Below, in pieces: positions 28,301 to 44,000 of a stretch of 64,000 bases of DNA (positions are counted from its first letter, which is position 1; each line of letters starts with the position of its first letter). The notes under the pieces were generated by a model. It ran no database searches and was not told the origin of the DNA. It was given only the letters and a program-made list of their open reading frames with translations. A program made the translations under genes and the position numbers. The stretch comes from Pristiophorus japonicus (lineage: Eukaryota), in assembly GCF_044704955.1 (NCBI RefSeq), contig NC_091995.1, positions 54,870,001 to 54,934,000 on the forward strand, written 5' to 3'.

Positions 28301-31300
28301 CACACACTGTCCACACGCACTGTCCCCACGCACTGTCCCCACGCACTGTCCACACGCACTGTCCACACGCACTGTCCACACGCACTGTCCACACGCACTG
28401 TCCACACACACTGTCCACACACACACTGTCCCCTCACACTGTCCACACACACACTATCCACACATACACTGTCCCCACACACACTCGGTCCACACACACT
28501 GTCCACACACACTGTCCACACACACTCTCCCCTCACACTGTCCACACGCACTGTCCACACACACTGTCCCCACACACACTGTCCACACACACTGTCCCCA
28601 CACACTGTGTGTGGAAATTTTTTTGTGGACACTATGTCCCCACACACTGTCCCCACACACTGTCCCCACACACACTGTCCACACACACTGTCCACACACA
28701 CTGTCCACACACACACTGTCCACACACACACTGTCCACACACACACTGTCCCCACGCACTGTCCCCACACACTGTCCACACGGACTGTCCCCACACACTG
28801 TCCACACGCACTGTCCACACGCACTGTCCACACGCACTGTCCACACGCACTGTCCACACACACTGTCCACACACACACGGTCCACACACACTGTCCCCTC
28901 ACACTGTCCCCTCACACTGTCCACACACACACTGTCCACACACACTGTCCACACACACTGTCCCCACACACACTGTCCCCACACACACTGTCCCCTCACA
29001 CTGTCCCCTCACACTGTCCCCACACTGTCCACACACACTGTCCCCACACTATCCCCAGACACACTGTCCACACACACTTTCCCCACACACTGTCCACACA
29101 CACTGTCCACACACACTGTCCCCACACTGTCCCCAGACACACTGTCCACACACACTGTCCACAGACACTGTCCCCACACACACTGTCCACACACACACTG
29201 TCCACACACACTGTCCCCACACACACTGTCCCCACACACACACACTGTCCCCACACACACTGTCCCCACACACACTGCGCACACACACACTGTCCACACA
29301 CACACTGTCCCCACACACTGTCCACACACACACTGTCCCCACACACACTGTCCCCACACACTGTCTCCACACACTGTCCCCACACACACTGCGCACACAC
29401 ACACTGTCCACACACACACTGTCTCCACACACTGTCCCCACACACTGTCCCCACACACTCTCTTCTCACACTGTCCACACACACTGTCCCCACACACTGT
29501 CCCCACACACTGTCCCCACACACACTGTCCACACACACTGTCCCCACACACTGTGTGTGGAAATTTTTTTGTGGACACTATGTCCCCACACACTGTCCCC
29601 ACACACACTGTCCACACACACTGTCCACACACACTGTCCACACACACTGTCCACACACACACTGTCCACACACACACTGTCCCCACACACACTGTCCACA
29701 CACACACTGTCCCCACGCACTGTCCACACACACTGTCCCCACACACTGTCCACACGGACTGTCCCCACACACTGTCCACACGCACTGTCCCCACGCACTG
29801 TCCACACGCACTGTCCACACGCACTGTCCACACGCACTGTCCACACACACTGTCCACACACACTGTCCACACACACACGGTCCACACACACTGTCCCTTC
29901 ACACTGTCCCCTCACACTGTCCACACACACACTGTCCACACACACACTGTCCACACACACTGTCCACACACACACTGTCCCCTCACACTGTCTCCTCACA
30001 CTGTCCACACACACTGTCCCCACACACTGTCCACACACACTGTCCCCTCACACTGTCCCCACACACAGTGTCCACAAAAAAATTTCCACACACAATGTCC
30101 CCACACACTGTCCCCACACAGTGTCCCCACACGCACTGTCCCCACACACTTTCCACACACACTGTCCCCACACACACTGTTCCCACACACTGTCCCCACA
30201 CACTGTCCACACACACACTGTCCCCACACACACTGTCCACACGCACTGTCCACACGCACTGTCCCCACGCACTGTCCACATGCACTGTCCCCACACACAC
30301 TGTCCCCACACACACTGCCCCGTCAAACTGTCCACACACACACTGTCCACACGCACTGTCCACACACACTGTCCCCACACACACTGTCCACACACACTGT
30401 CCACACACACACTCTCCACACACACACTGTCCCCACACACACTGTCCCCACACACTGTCCACACACACTGTCCCCACACACTGTCCCCACACACTGTCCA
30501 CACACACTGTCCCCACACACTAACCACACACACTGACCACACGCACTGTCCCCACGCACTGTCCATACACACTGTCCACACACACTGTCCCCACACACAC
30601 TGTCCCCACACACTGTCCCCACACACACTGTCCCCACACACTGTCCACACAGACTGTCCCCACACACACTGTCCACACACACTGTCCCCACACACACTGT
30701 CCCCACACACACTGTCCCACACACTGTCCCACACACTGTCTCCCCACACTGTCCCCACACACACTGTCCCCACACACACACTGTCCCCACACACACTGTC
30801 CCAACACACACTGCGCACACACACACTGTCCACACGCACTGTCCCCACACACTGTCCACACACACACTGTCCCCACACACACTGTCCACACACACTGTCC
30901 CCACACACTGTCCCCCACACACTGACCACACGCACTGTCCACACACACTGTCCCCACACACACTGTCCACACACACACTGTCCCCACACACACTGTCCCC
31001 ACACACTGTCCACACACACTGTCCACACACACTGTCCACACACACTGTCCACACACACTGTCCCCACACACACTGTCCACACACACTGTCCCCACACACT
31101 GTCCCCACACACACTGTCCACACACACTGTCCCCACACACTGTCCCCACACACACTGTCCCCACACACTGTCCCCACACACTGTCCCCACACACTGTCCA
31201 CACACACTGTCCCCACACACTGTCCACACACACTGTCCCCACACACACTGTCCCCACACACTGTCCCCACACACTGTCCACACACACTGTCCCCACACAC

Positions 31301-34300
31301 TGTCCACACACACACTGTCCCCACACACTGTCCCCACACACTGTCCCCACACACACTGTCCACACACACTGTCCCCCCACACTGTCCCCACACACACTGT
31401 CCCCACACACTGTCCCCACACACTGTCCACACACACTGTCCCCACACACTGTCCACACACACTGTCCCCACACACACTGTCCCCACACACACTGTCCACA
31501 CACACTGTCCCCACACACAGTGTCCACACACACTATCCACACGCACTGTCCCCACGCACTGTCCCCACACACTGTCCCCACACACTCTCTTCTCACACTG
31601 TCCACACACACTGTCCCCACACACTGTCCCCACACACTGTCCCCTCACACTGTCCCCACACACTGTCCCCTCACACTGTCCACACACACTGTCCCCACAC
31701 ACACACTGTCCCCACACACACTGTCCCAACACACACTGCGCACACACACACTGTCCACACACACACTGTCCACACACACTGTCCACACACACACTGTCCC
31801 CACACACACTGTCCACACACACTGTCCCCACACACTGTCCCCCCCACACACTGTCCCCACACACTCTCTTCTCACACTGTCCACACACACTGTCCCCACA
31901 CACTGTCCACACACACTGTCCCCACACACACTGTCCCCACACACACTGTCCCCTCACACTGTCCCCTCACACTGTCCACACACACTGTCCCCACACACTG
32001 TCCACACACACTGTCCCCACACACACTGTCCACACACACTGTCCCCACACACTGTCCCCACACACTGTGTGTGGAAATTTTTTTATGGACACTATGTCCC
32101 CACACACTGTCCCCACACACTGTCCCTACACACTATCCACACACACTGTCCCCACACACACTGTCCCCACACACTGTCCACACACACACACTGTCCACAC
32201 ACACTGTCCCCACACACACTGCGCACACACACACTGTCCACACACACACACTGTCCACACACACTGTCCACACACACACTGTCCCCACACACACTGTCTC
32301 CGCACAACTGTCCCCACACACTGACCACACACACTGTCCACATACACACTGTCCACACACACTGTCCCCACACACACTGTCCACACACACTGTCCACACA
32401 CACACTGTCCCCACACACTGTCCACACGCACTATCCACAGGCACTGTCCACACGCACTTTCCCCACACACTGTCCACACACACTGTCCCCACACACTGTC
32501 CACACACACACTGTCCCCACACACTGTCCCCACACACTGTCCCCACGCACTGTCCATACACACTGTCCACACACACTGTCCCCACAAACACTGTCCCCAC
32601 GCACTGTCCATACACACTGTCCACACACACTGTCCCCTCACACTGTCCACACACACTGTCCCCACACACTGTCCACACACACTGTCCCCACACACACTGT
32701 CCACACACACTGTCCCCACACACTGTCCCCACACACAGTGTCCATAAAAAAATTTCCACACACAGTGTCCCCACACACTGTCCCCACACACTGTCCCTAC
32801 ACACTATCCACACACACTGTCCCCACACACACTGTCCCCACACACTGTCCACACACACACACTGTCCACACACACTGTCCCCACACACACTGCGCACACA
32901 CACACTGTCCACACACACACACTGTCCACACACACACTGTCCCCACACACACTGTCTCCGCACAACTGTCCCCACACACTGACCACACACACTGTCCACA
33001 TACACACTGTCCACACACACTGTCCCCACACACAATGTCCACACACACTGTCCACACACACACTGTCCCCACACACTGTCCACACGCACTATCCACAGGC
33101 ACTGTCCACACGCACTTTCCCCACACACTGTCCACACACACTGTCCCCACACACTGTCCACACACACACTGTCCCCACACACTGTCCCCACACACTGTCC
33201 CCACGCACTGTCCATACACACTGTCCACACACACTGTCCCCACAAACACTGTCCCCACGCACTGTCCATACACACTGTCCACACACACTGTCCCCACACA
33301 CACTGTCCCCACACACTGTCCCCACACACACTGTCCCCACACACTGTCCCCACACACTGTCCCCACACACTCTCTTCTCACACTGTCCCCACACACTGTC
33401 CCCACACACACACTGTCCCCACACACACATTGTCCCCACACACACTGTCCCCACACACACACTGTCCACACACACTATTCACACACACTGTCCACACACA
33501 CTGTCTCCACACACTGTCCCCACACACACTGTCCACACGCACTGTCCACACGGACTGTCCCCACACACTGTCCACACGCACTGTCCCCACGCACTGTCCA
33601 CACACACTGTCCCCACGCACTGTCCCCACGCACTGTCCACACACACTGTCCACACGGACTGTCCACACGGACTGTCCCCACACACTGTCCACACACACTA
33701 TCCACACACACACGGTCCACACACACTGTCCCCTCACACTGTCCACACACACACTATCCACACACACACTGTCCCCACACACACTGTCCACACACACACA
33801 CGGTCCACACACACTGTCCACACACACTGTCCCCTCACACTGTCCCCTTACACTGTCCCCTCACACTGTCCCCACACACTGTCCCCACACACACTGTCCC
33901 CACACACACTGTCCCCACACACACTGTCCACACACACTGTCCACACACACACTGTCCCCACACACACTGTCCCCACACACTGTCCACACACACTGTCCAC
34001 ACGCACTGTCCACACGCACTGTCCACACGCACTGTCCCCACACACTGTCCCCCCCACACACTGTCCCCACACACTCTCTTCTCACACTGTCCACACACAC
34101 TGTCCCCACACACTGTCCCCACACACACACTGTCCCCACACACACTGTCCACACACACTGTCCCCACACACACTGTCCACACACACTGTCCACACACACT
34201 GTCCACACACACACTGTCCCCACGCACTGTCCACACACACTGTCCCCACACACTGTCCACACGCACTGTCCACACGGACTGTCCCCACACACTGTCCACA

Positions 34301-37300
34301 CGCACTGTCCCCACGCACTGTCCACACGCACTGTCCACACGCACTGTCCACACGCACTGTCCACACGCACTGTCCACACACACTGTCCACACACACACGG
34401 TCCACACACACTGTCCCCTCACACTGTCCACACACACACTATCCACACACACACTGTCCCCACACACACTGTCCACACACACACACGGTCCACACACACT
34501 GTCCACACACACTGTCCACACACACTCTCCCCTCACACTGTCCCCTCACACTGTCCACACACACACTGTCCACACACACTGTCCCCTCACACTGTCCCCT
34601 CACACTGTTCCCACACACTGTCCCCACACACTGTCCCCACACACTGTCCACACACACTGTCCCCACACACACTGTCCACACACACACTATCCCCTCACAC
34701 TGTCCACACACACACTGTCCCCACACACTGTCCACACACACTGTCCCCACGCACTGTCCCCACACACTGTCCACACACACACTGTCCGCACACACACTAT
34801 CCCCTCACACTGTCCACACACACACTGTCCCCACACACTGTCCACACACACTGTCCCCACACACACTGTCCCCACACACTGTCCACACACACTGTCCCCA
34901 CACACACTGTCCCCACACACTGTCCCCACACACACTGTCCCCACACACTGTCTCCACACACTGTCCACACACACTGTCCCCACACACACTGTCCCCACAC
35001 ACACACTGTCCCCACACACACTGTCCCCACACACACTGCGCACACACACACTGTCCCCACACACTCTCTTCTCACACTGTCCACACACACTGTCCCCACA
35101 CACTGTCCCCACACACTGTCCCCACACACTGTCCCCTCACACTGTCCCCACACACTGTCCCCTCACACTGTCCACACACACTGTCCCCACACACACACTG
35201 TCCCCACACACACTGTCCCAACACACACTGCGCACACACACACTGTCCACACACACACTGTCCCCTCACACTGTCCACACACACTGTCCCCACACACTGT
35301 CCCCACACACTGTCCCCACACACTATCCACACACACTGTCCCCACACACACTGTCCACACACACTGTCCCCACACACTGTCCACACACACTGTCCCCACA
35401 CACACACTGTCCCCACACACACTGTCCCAACACACACTGCGCACACACACACTGTCCACACACACACTGTCCCCTCACACTGTCCACACACACTGTCCCC
35501 ACACACTGTCCCCACACACTGTCCCCACACACTATCCACACACACTGTCCCCACACACACTGTCCACACACACACTGTCCACACACACTGTCCCCACACA
35601 CTGTGTGTGGAAATTTTTTTGTGGACACTATGTCCCCACGCACTGTCCACACGGACTGTCCCCACGCACTGTCCACACGCACTGTCCCCACGCACTGTCC
35701 ACACACACTGTCCCCACACACACTGTCCCCACACACTGTCCCCACACACACTGTCCCCACACACTGTCCCCACACACTGTCCCCACACACTGTCCACACA
35801 CACTGTCCCCACACACTGTCCACACACACACTGTCCCCACACACTGTCCACAGACACTGTCCCCACACACACTGTCCACACACACTATCCACACACACTG
35901 TCCACACACACTGTCCACACACACTGTCCACACACACACTGTCCCCTCACACTGTCCACACGGACTGTCCCCACACACTGTCCACACGCACTGTCCCCAC
36001 GCACTGTCCACACGCACTGTCCACACGCACTGTCCACACACACACGGTCCACACACACTGTCCCTTCACACTGTCCCCTCACACTGTCCACACACACACT
36101 GTCCACACACACACTGTCCACACACACTGTCCCCACACACACTGTCCCCACACACACTGTCCCCTCACACTGTCTCCTCACACTGTCCACACACACTGTC
36201 CCCACACACTGTCCACACACACTGTCCCCACACACAGTGTCCACAAAAAAATTTCCACACACAATGTCCCCACACACTGTCCCCACACAGTGTCCCCACA
36301 CGCACTGTCCCCACACACTTTCCACACACACTGTCCCCACACACACTGTTCCCACACACTGTCCCCACGCACTGTCCACACACACTGTCCACACACACTG
36401 TCCACACACACTGTCCCCACACACACTGTCCCCACACACACTGTCCCCACACACTGTCCCCACACACTGTCCCCACACACTGTCCACACACACACTGTCC
36501 CCACACACACTGTCCACACGCACTGTCCACACGCACTGTCCCCACGCACTGTCCACATGCACTGTCCCCACACACACTGTCCCCACACACACTGCCCCGT
36601 CAAACTGTCCACACACACACTGTCCACACGCACTGTCCACACACACTGTCCCCACACACTGTCCACACACACACTGTCCACACACACTGTCCACACACAC
36701 ACTCTCCACACACACACTGTCCCCACACACACTGTCCCCACACACTGTCCACACACACTGTCCCCACACACTGTCCCCACACACTGTCCACACACACTGT
36801 CCCCACACACTAACCACACACACTGACCACACGCACTGTCCCCACGCACTGTCCATACACACTGTCCACACACACTGTCCCCACACACACTGTCCCCACA
36901 CACTGTCCCCACACACACTGTCCCCACACACTGTCCACACAGACTGTCCCCACACACACTGTCCACATACACTGTCCCCACACACACTGTCCCCACACAC
37001 TGTCCACACAGACTGTCCCCACACACACTGTCCACACACACTGTCCCCACACACACTGTCCCCACACACACTGTCCCACACACTGTCCCACACACTGTCT
37101 CCCCACACTGTCCCCACACACACTGTCCCCACACACACACTGTCCCCACACACACTCTGTCCCCACACACACTGTCCCAACACACACTGCGCACACACAC
37201 ACTGTCCACACGCACTGTCCCCACACACTGTCCACACACACACTGTCCCCACACACACTGTCCACACACACTGTCCCCACACACTGTCCCCCACACACTG

Positions 37301-40300
37301 ACCACACGCACTGACCACACGCACTGTCCCCACGCACTGTCCACACACACTGTCCACACACACTGTCCCCACACACACTGTCCACACACACTGTCCCCAC
37401 ACACTGTCCACACGCACTGTCCCCACACACTGTCCACACACACTGTCCCCACACACACTGTCCCCACACACTGTCCCCACACACTAACCACACACACTGT
37501 CCACACACACTGTCCACACACACTGTCCACACACACTGTCCCCACACACACTGTCCACACACACTGTCCCCACACACTGTCCCCACACACACTGTCCCCA
37601 CACACTGTCCCCACACACTGTCCCCACACACTGTCCACACACACTGTCCCCACACACTGTCCACACACACTGTCTCCACACACACTGTCCCCACACACTG
37701 TCCCCACACACTGTCCACACACACTGTCCCCACACACTGTCCACACACACACTGTCCCCACACACTGTCCCCACACACTGTCCCCACACACACTGTCCAC
37801 ACACACTGTCCCCACACACTGTCCCCACACACACTGTCCACACACACTGTCCCCACACACAGTGTCCACACACACTATCCACACGCACTGTCCCCACGCA
37901 CTGTCCCCACACACTGTCCACACACACACTGTCCGCACACACACTATCCCCTCACACTGTCCACACACACTGTCCCCACACACACTGTCCCCACACACTG
38001 TCCCCACACACACTGTCCCCACACACTGTCCCCACACACTCTCTTCTCACACTGTCCACACACACTGTCCCCACACACTGTCCCCACACACTGTCCCCTC
38101 ACACTGTCCCCACACACTGTCCCCTCACACTGTCCACACACACTGTCCCCACACACACACTGTCCCCACACACACTGTCCCAACACACACTGCGCACACA
38201 CACACTGTCCACACACACACTGTCCACACACACTGTCCACACACACACTGTCCCCACACACACTGTCCACACACACTGTCCCCACACACTGTCCCCCCCA
38301 CACACTGTCCCCACACACTCTCTTCTCACACTGTCCACACACACTGTCCCCACACACTGTCCCCACACACACTGTCCCCTCACACTGTCCCCTCACACTG
38401 TCCACACACACTGTCCCCACACACTGTCCACACACACTGTCCCCACACACACTGTCCACACACACTGTCCCCACACACTGTCCCCACACACTGTGTGTGG
38501 AAATTTTTTTATGGACACTATGTCCCCACACACTGTCCCCACACACTGTCCACACACACACTATCCACACACACACTGTCCCCACACACACTGTCCACAC
38601 ACACACACGGTCCACACACACTGTCCACACACACTGTCCCCTCACACTGTCCCCTTACACTGTCCCCTCACACTGTCCCCACACACTGTCCCCACACACA
38701 CTGTCCCCACACACACTGTCCCCACACACACTGTCCACACACACTGTCCACACACACACTGTCCCCACACACACTGTCCCCACACACTGTCCCCACACAC
38801 TGTCCCCCACACACTGTCCACACACACACTGTCCACACACACTGTCCACACACACTGTCCCCACACACACTGTCCCCACACACACTGTCCCCTCACACTG
38901 TCTCCTCACACTGTCCACACACACTGTCCCCACACACTGTCCACACACACTGTCCCCACACACACTGTCCACACACACTGTCCCCACACAGTGTCCACAA
39001 AAAAATTTCCACACACAATGTCCCCACACACTGTCCACACGGACTGTCCCCACGCACTGTCCACACGCACTGTCCCCACGCACTGTCCACACACACTGTC
39101 CCCACACACACTGTCCCCACACACTGTCCCCACACACACTGTCCCCACACACTGTCCCCACACACTGTCCCCACACACTGTCCACACACACTGTCCCCAC
39201 ACACTGTCCACACACACACTGTCCCCACACACTGTCCACAGACACTGTCCCCACACACACTGTCCACACACACTGTCCACACGCACTGTCCACACGCACT
39301 GTCCACACACACTGTCCACACACACACGGTCCACACACACTGTCCCTTCACACTGTCCCCTCACACTGTCCACACACACACTGTCCACACACACACTGTC
39401 CACACACACTGTCCACACACACTGTCCCCACACACACTGTCCCCACACACACTGTCCCCTCACACTGTCTCCTCACACTGTCCACACACACTGTCCCCAC
39501 ACACTGTCCACACACACTGTCCCCACACACACTGTCCACACACACTGTCCCCACACAGTGTCCACAAAAAAATTTCCACACACAATGTCCCCACACACTG
39601 TCCCCACACGCACTGTCCCCACACACTTTCCACACACACTGTCCCCACACACACTGTTCCCACACACTGTCCCCACGCACTGTCCACACACACTGTCCAC
39701 ACACACTGTCCACACACACTGTCCCCACACACACTGTCCCCACACACACTGTCCCCACACACTGTCCCCACACACTGTCCCCACACACTGTCCCCACACA
39801 CACTGTCCCCACACACACTGTCCACACGCACTGTCCACACGCACTGTCCCCACGCACTGTCCACATGCACTGTCCCCACACACACTGTCCCCACACACAC
39901 TGCCCCGTCAAACTGTCCACACACACACTGTCCACACGCACTGTCCACACACACTGTCCCCACACACTGTCCACACACACACTGTCCCCACACACTAACC
40001 ACACACACTGACCACACGCACTGTCCCCACGCACTGTCCATACACACTGTCCACACACACTGTCCCCACACACACTGTCCCCACACACTGTCCCCACACA
40101 CACTGTCCCCACACACTGTCCACACAGACTGTCCCCACACACACTGTCCACACACACTGTCCCCACACACACTGTCCCCACACACACTGTCCCACACACT
40201 GTCCCACACACTGTCTCCCCACACTGTCCCCACACACACTGTCCCCACACACACACTGTCCCCACACACACTGTCCCAACACACACTGCGCACACACACA

Positions 40301-40544
40301 CTGTCCACACGCACTGTCCCCACACACTGTCCACACACACACTGTCCCCACACACACTGTCCACACACACTGTCCCCACACACTGTCCCCCACACACTGA
40401 CCACACGCACTGACCACACGCACTGTCCCCACGCACTGTCCACACACACTGTCCACACACACTGTCCCCACACACACTGTCCACACACACTGTCCCCACA
40501 CACTGTCCACACGCACTGTCCCCACACACTGTCCACACACACAC

Positions 40545-41062
40545 TGTGTGTGGGGACAGTGTGTGTGTGGACAGTGTGTGGGGACAGTGCGTGTGGACAG
40601 TGTGTGGGGACAGTGTGTGTGGACAGTGTGTGTGGGGACAGTGTGTGTGTGGACAGTGTGTGGGGACAGTGCGTGTGGACAGTGTGTGGGGACAGTGTGT
40701 GTGGACAGTGTGTGTGGGGACAGTGTGTGTGGACAGTGTGTGTGGACAGTGCGTGGGGACAGTGCGTGTGGTCAGTGCGTGTGGTCAGTGTGTGGGGGAC
40801 AGTGTGTGGGGACAGTGTGTGTGGACAGTGTGTGTGGGGACAGTGTGTGTGTGGACAGTGTGTGGGGACAGTGCGTGTGGACAGTGTGTGTGTGCGCAGT
40901 GTGTGTTGGGACAGTGTGTGTGTGGACAGTGTGTGTGGACAGTGTGTGTGGGGACAGTGTGTGTGGACAGTGTGTATGGACAGTGCGTGGGGACAGTGCG
41001 TGTGGTCAGTGTGTGTGGTTAGTGTGTGGGGACAGTGTGTGGGGACAGTGTGTGTGGGGACA
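40545..41062 (-). repeat. Inverted block of the satellite (~0.5 kb)
   Basis: The + strand reads (ggacagtgtgt)n here, with reverse-complemented markers ggtcag, gttggg, gtatgg and ggttag. Confidence 0.97.
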
Positions 41063-44000
41063 CTGTCCCCACACACTGTCCCCACACACTAACCACACAC
41101 ACTGACCACACGCACTGTCCCCACGCACTGTCCATACACACTGTCCACACACACTGTCCCCACACACACTGTCCACACACACTGTCCCCACACACTGTCC
41201 CCACACACTGTCCCCACACACACTGTCCACACACACTGTCCCCACACACACTGTCCCCACACACTGTCCACACACACTGTCCCCACACACAGTCCCCACA
41301 CACTGTCCACACACACACTGTCCCCACACACTGTCCCCACACACTGTCCACACACACTGTCCACACACACTGTCCACACACACTGTCCCCACACACACTG
41401 TCCACACACACTGTCCCCACACACTGTCCCCACACACACTGTCCACACACACTGTCCCCACACACTGTCCCCACACACACTGTCCCCACACACTGTCCCC
41501 ACACACTGTCCCCACACACTGTCCACACACACTGTCCCCACACACACTGTCCCCACACACACTGTCCACACACACTGTCCCCACACACTGTCCACACACA
41601 CTGTCCCCACACACTGTCCACACACACTGTCTCCACACACACTGTCCCCACACACTGTCCCCACACACTGTCCACACACACTGTCCCCACACACTGTCCA
41701 CACACACACTGTCCCCACACACTGTCCCCACACACTGTCCCCACACACTGTCCCCACACACACTGTCCACACACACTGTCCCCACACACAGTGTCCACAC
41801 ACACTATCCACACGCACTGTCCCCACGCACTGTCCCCACACACTGTCCACACACACACTGTCCGCACACACACTATCCCCTCACACTGTCCACACACACT
41901 GTCCCCACACACACTGTCCCCACACACTGTCCCCACACACACTGTCCCCACACACTGTCCCCACACACTCTCTTCTCACACTGTCCACACACACTGTCCC
42001 CACACACTGTCCCCACACACTGTCCCCTCACACTGTCCCCACACACTGTCCCCTCACACTGTCCACACACACTGTCCCCACACACACACTGTCCCCACAC
42101 ACACTGTCCCAACACACACTGCGCACACACACACTGTCCACACACACACTGTCCACACACACTGTCCACACACACACTGTCCCCACACACACTGTCCACA
42201 CACACTGTCCCCACACACTGTCCCCCCCACACACTGTCCCCACACACTCTCTTCTCACACTGTCCCCACACACTGTCCACACGCACTATCCACAGGCACT
42301 GTCCACACGCACTTTCCCCACACACTGTCCACACACACTGTCCCCACACACTGTCCACACACACACTGTCCCCACACACTGTCCCCACACACTGTCCCCA
42401 CGCACTGTCCATACACACTGTCCACACACACTGTCCCCACGCACTGTCCATACACACTGTCCACACACACTGTCCCCACACACACTGTCCCCACACACTG
42501 TCCCCACACACTGTCCCCACACACTCTCTTCTCACACTGTCCCCACACACTGTCCCCACACACACACTGTCCCCACACACACACTGTCCCCACACACACT
42601 GTCCCCACACACACACTGTCCACACACACTATTCACACACACTGTCTCCACACACTGTCCCCACACACACTGTCCACACGCACTGTCCACACGGACTGTC
42701 CCCACACACTGTCCACACGCACTGTCCCCACGCACTGTCCACACACACTGTCCCCACGCACTGTCCCCACGCACTGTCCACACACACTGTCCACACGGAC
42801 TGTCCACACGGACTGTCCCCACACACTGTCCACACACACTGTCCACACACACACGGTCCACACACACTGTCCCCTCACACTGTCCACACACACACTATCC
42901 ACACACACACTGTCCCCACACACACTGTCCACACACACACACGGTCCACACACACTGTCCACACACACTGTCCCCTCACACTGTCCCCTTACACTGTCCC
43001 CTCACACTGTCCCCACACACTGTCCCCACACACACTGTCCCCACACACACTGTCCCCACACACTGTCCACACACACACTGTCCACACACACACTGTCCCC
43101 ACACACACTGTCCCCACACACTGTCCACACACACTGTCCACACGCACTGTCCACACGCACTGTCCACACGCACTGTCCACACGCACTGTCCACCTGTCCA
43201 CACACACTGTCCACACACACACTGTCCCCACACACACTGTCCCCACACACTGTCCACACACACTGTCCCCACACACTGTCCCCCCCACACACTGTCCCCA
43301 CACACTCTCTTCTCACACTGTCCACACACACTGTCCCCACACACTATCCCCACACACACACTGTCCCCACACACACTGTCCACACACACTGTCCCCACAC
43401 ACACTGTCCACACACACTGTCCACACACACTGTCCACACACACACTGTCCCCACGCACTGTCCACACACACTGTCCCCACACACTGTCCACACGCACTGT
43501 CCACACGGACTGTCCCCACACACTGTCCACACGCACTGTCCCCACGCACTGTCCACACGCACTGTCCACACGCACTGTCCACACGCACTGTCCACACACA
43601 CTGTCCACACACACACGGTCCACACACACTGTCCCCTCACACTGTCCACACACACACTATCCACACACACACTGTCCCCACACACACTGTCCACACACAC
43701 ACACGGTCCACACACACTGTCCACACACACTGTCCACACACACTCTCCCCTCACACTGTCCCCTCACACTGTCCACACACACACTGTCCACACACACTGT
43801 CCCCTCACACTGTCCCCTCACACTGTTCCCACACACTGTCCCCACACACTGTCCCCACACACTGTCCACACACACTGTCCCCACACACACTGTCCACACA
43901 CACACTATCCCCTCACACTGTCCACACACACACTGTCCCCACACACTGTCCACACACACTGTCCCCACGCACTGTCCCCACACACACTGTCCACACACAC

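Noticed and set aside
6236-36263. Two forward cassettes exactly 30000 bp apart
   Set aside because: Surrounding blocks do not keep this offset, so it is a numerical coincidence among 18 copies.
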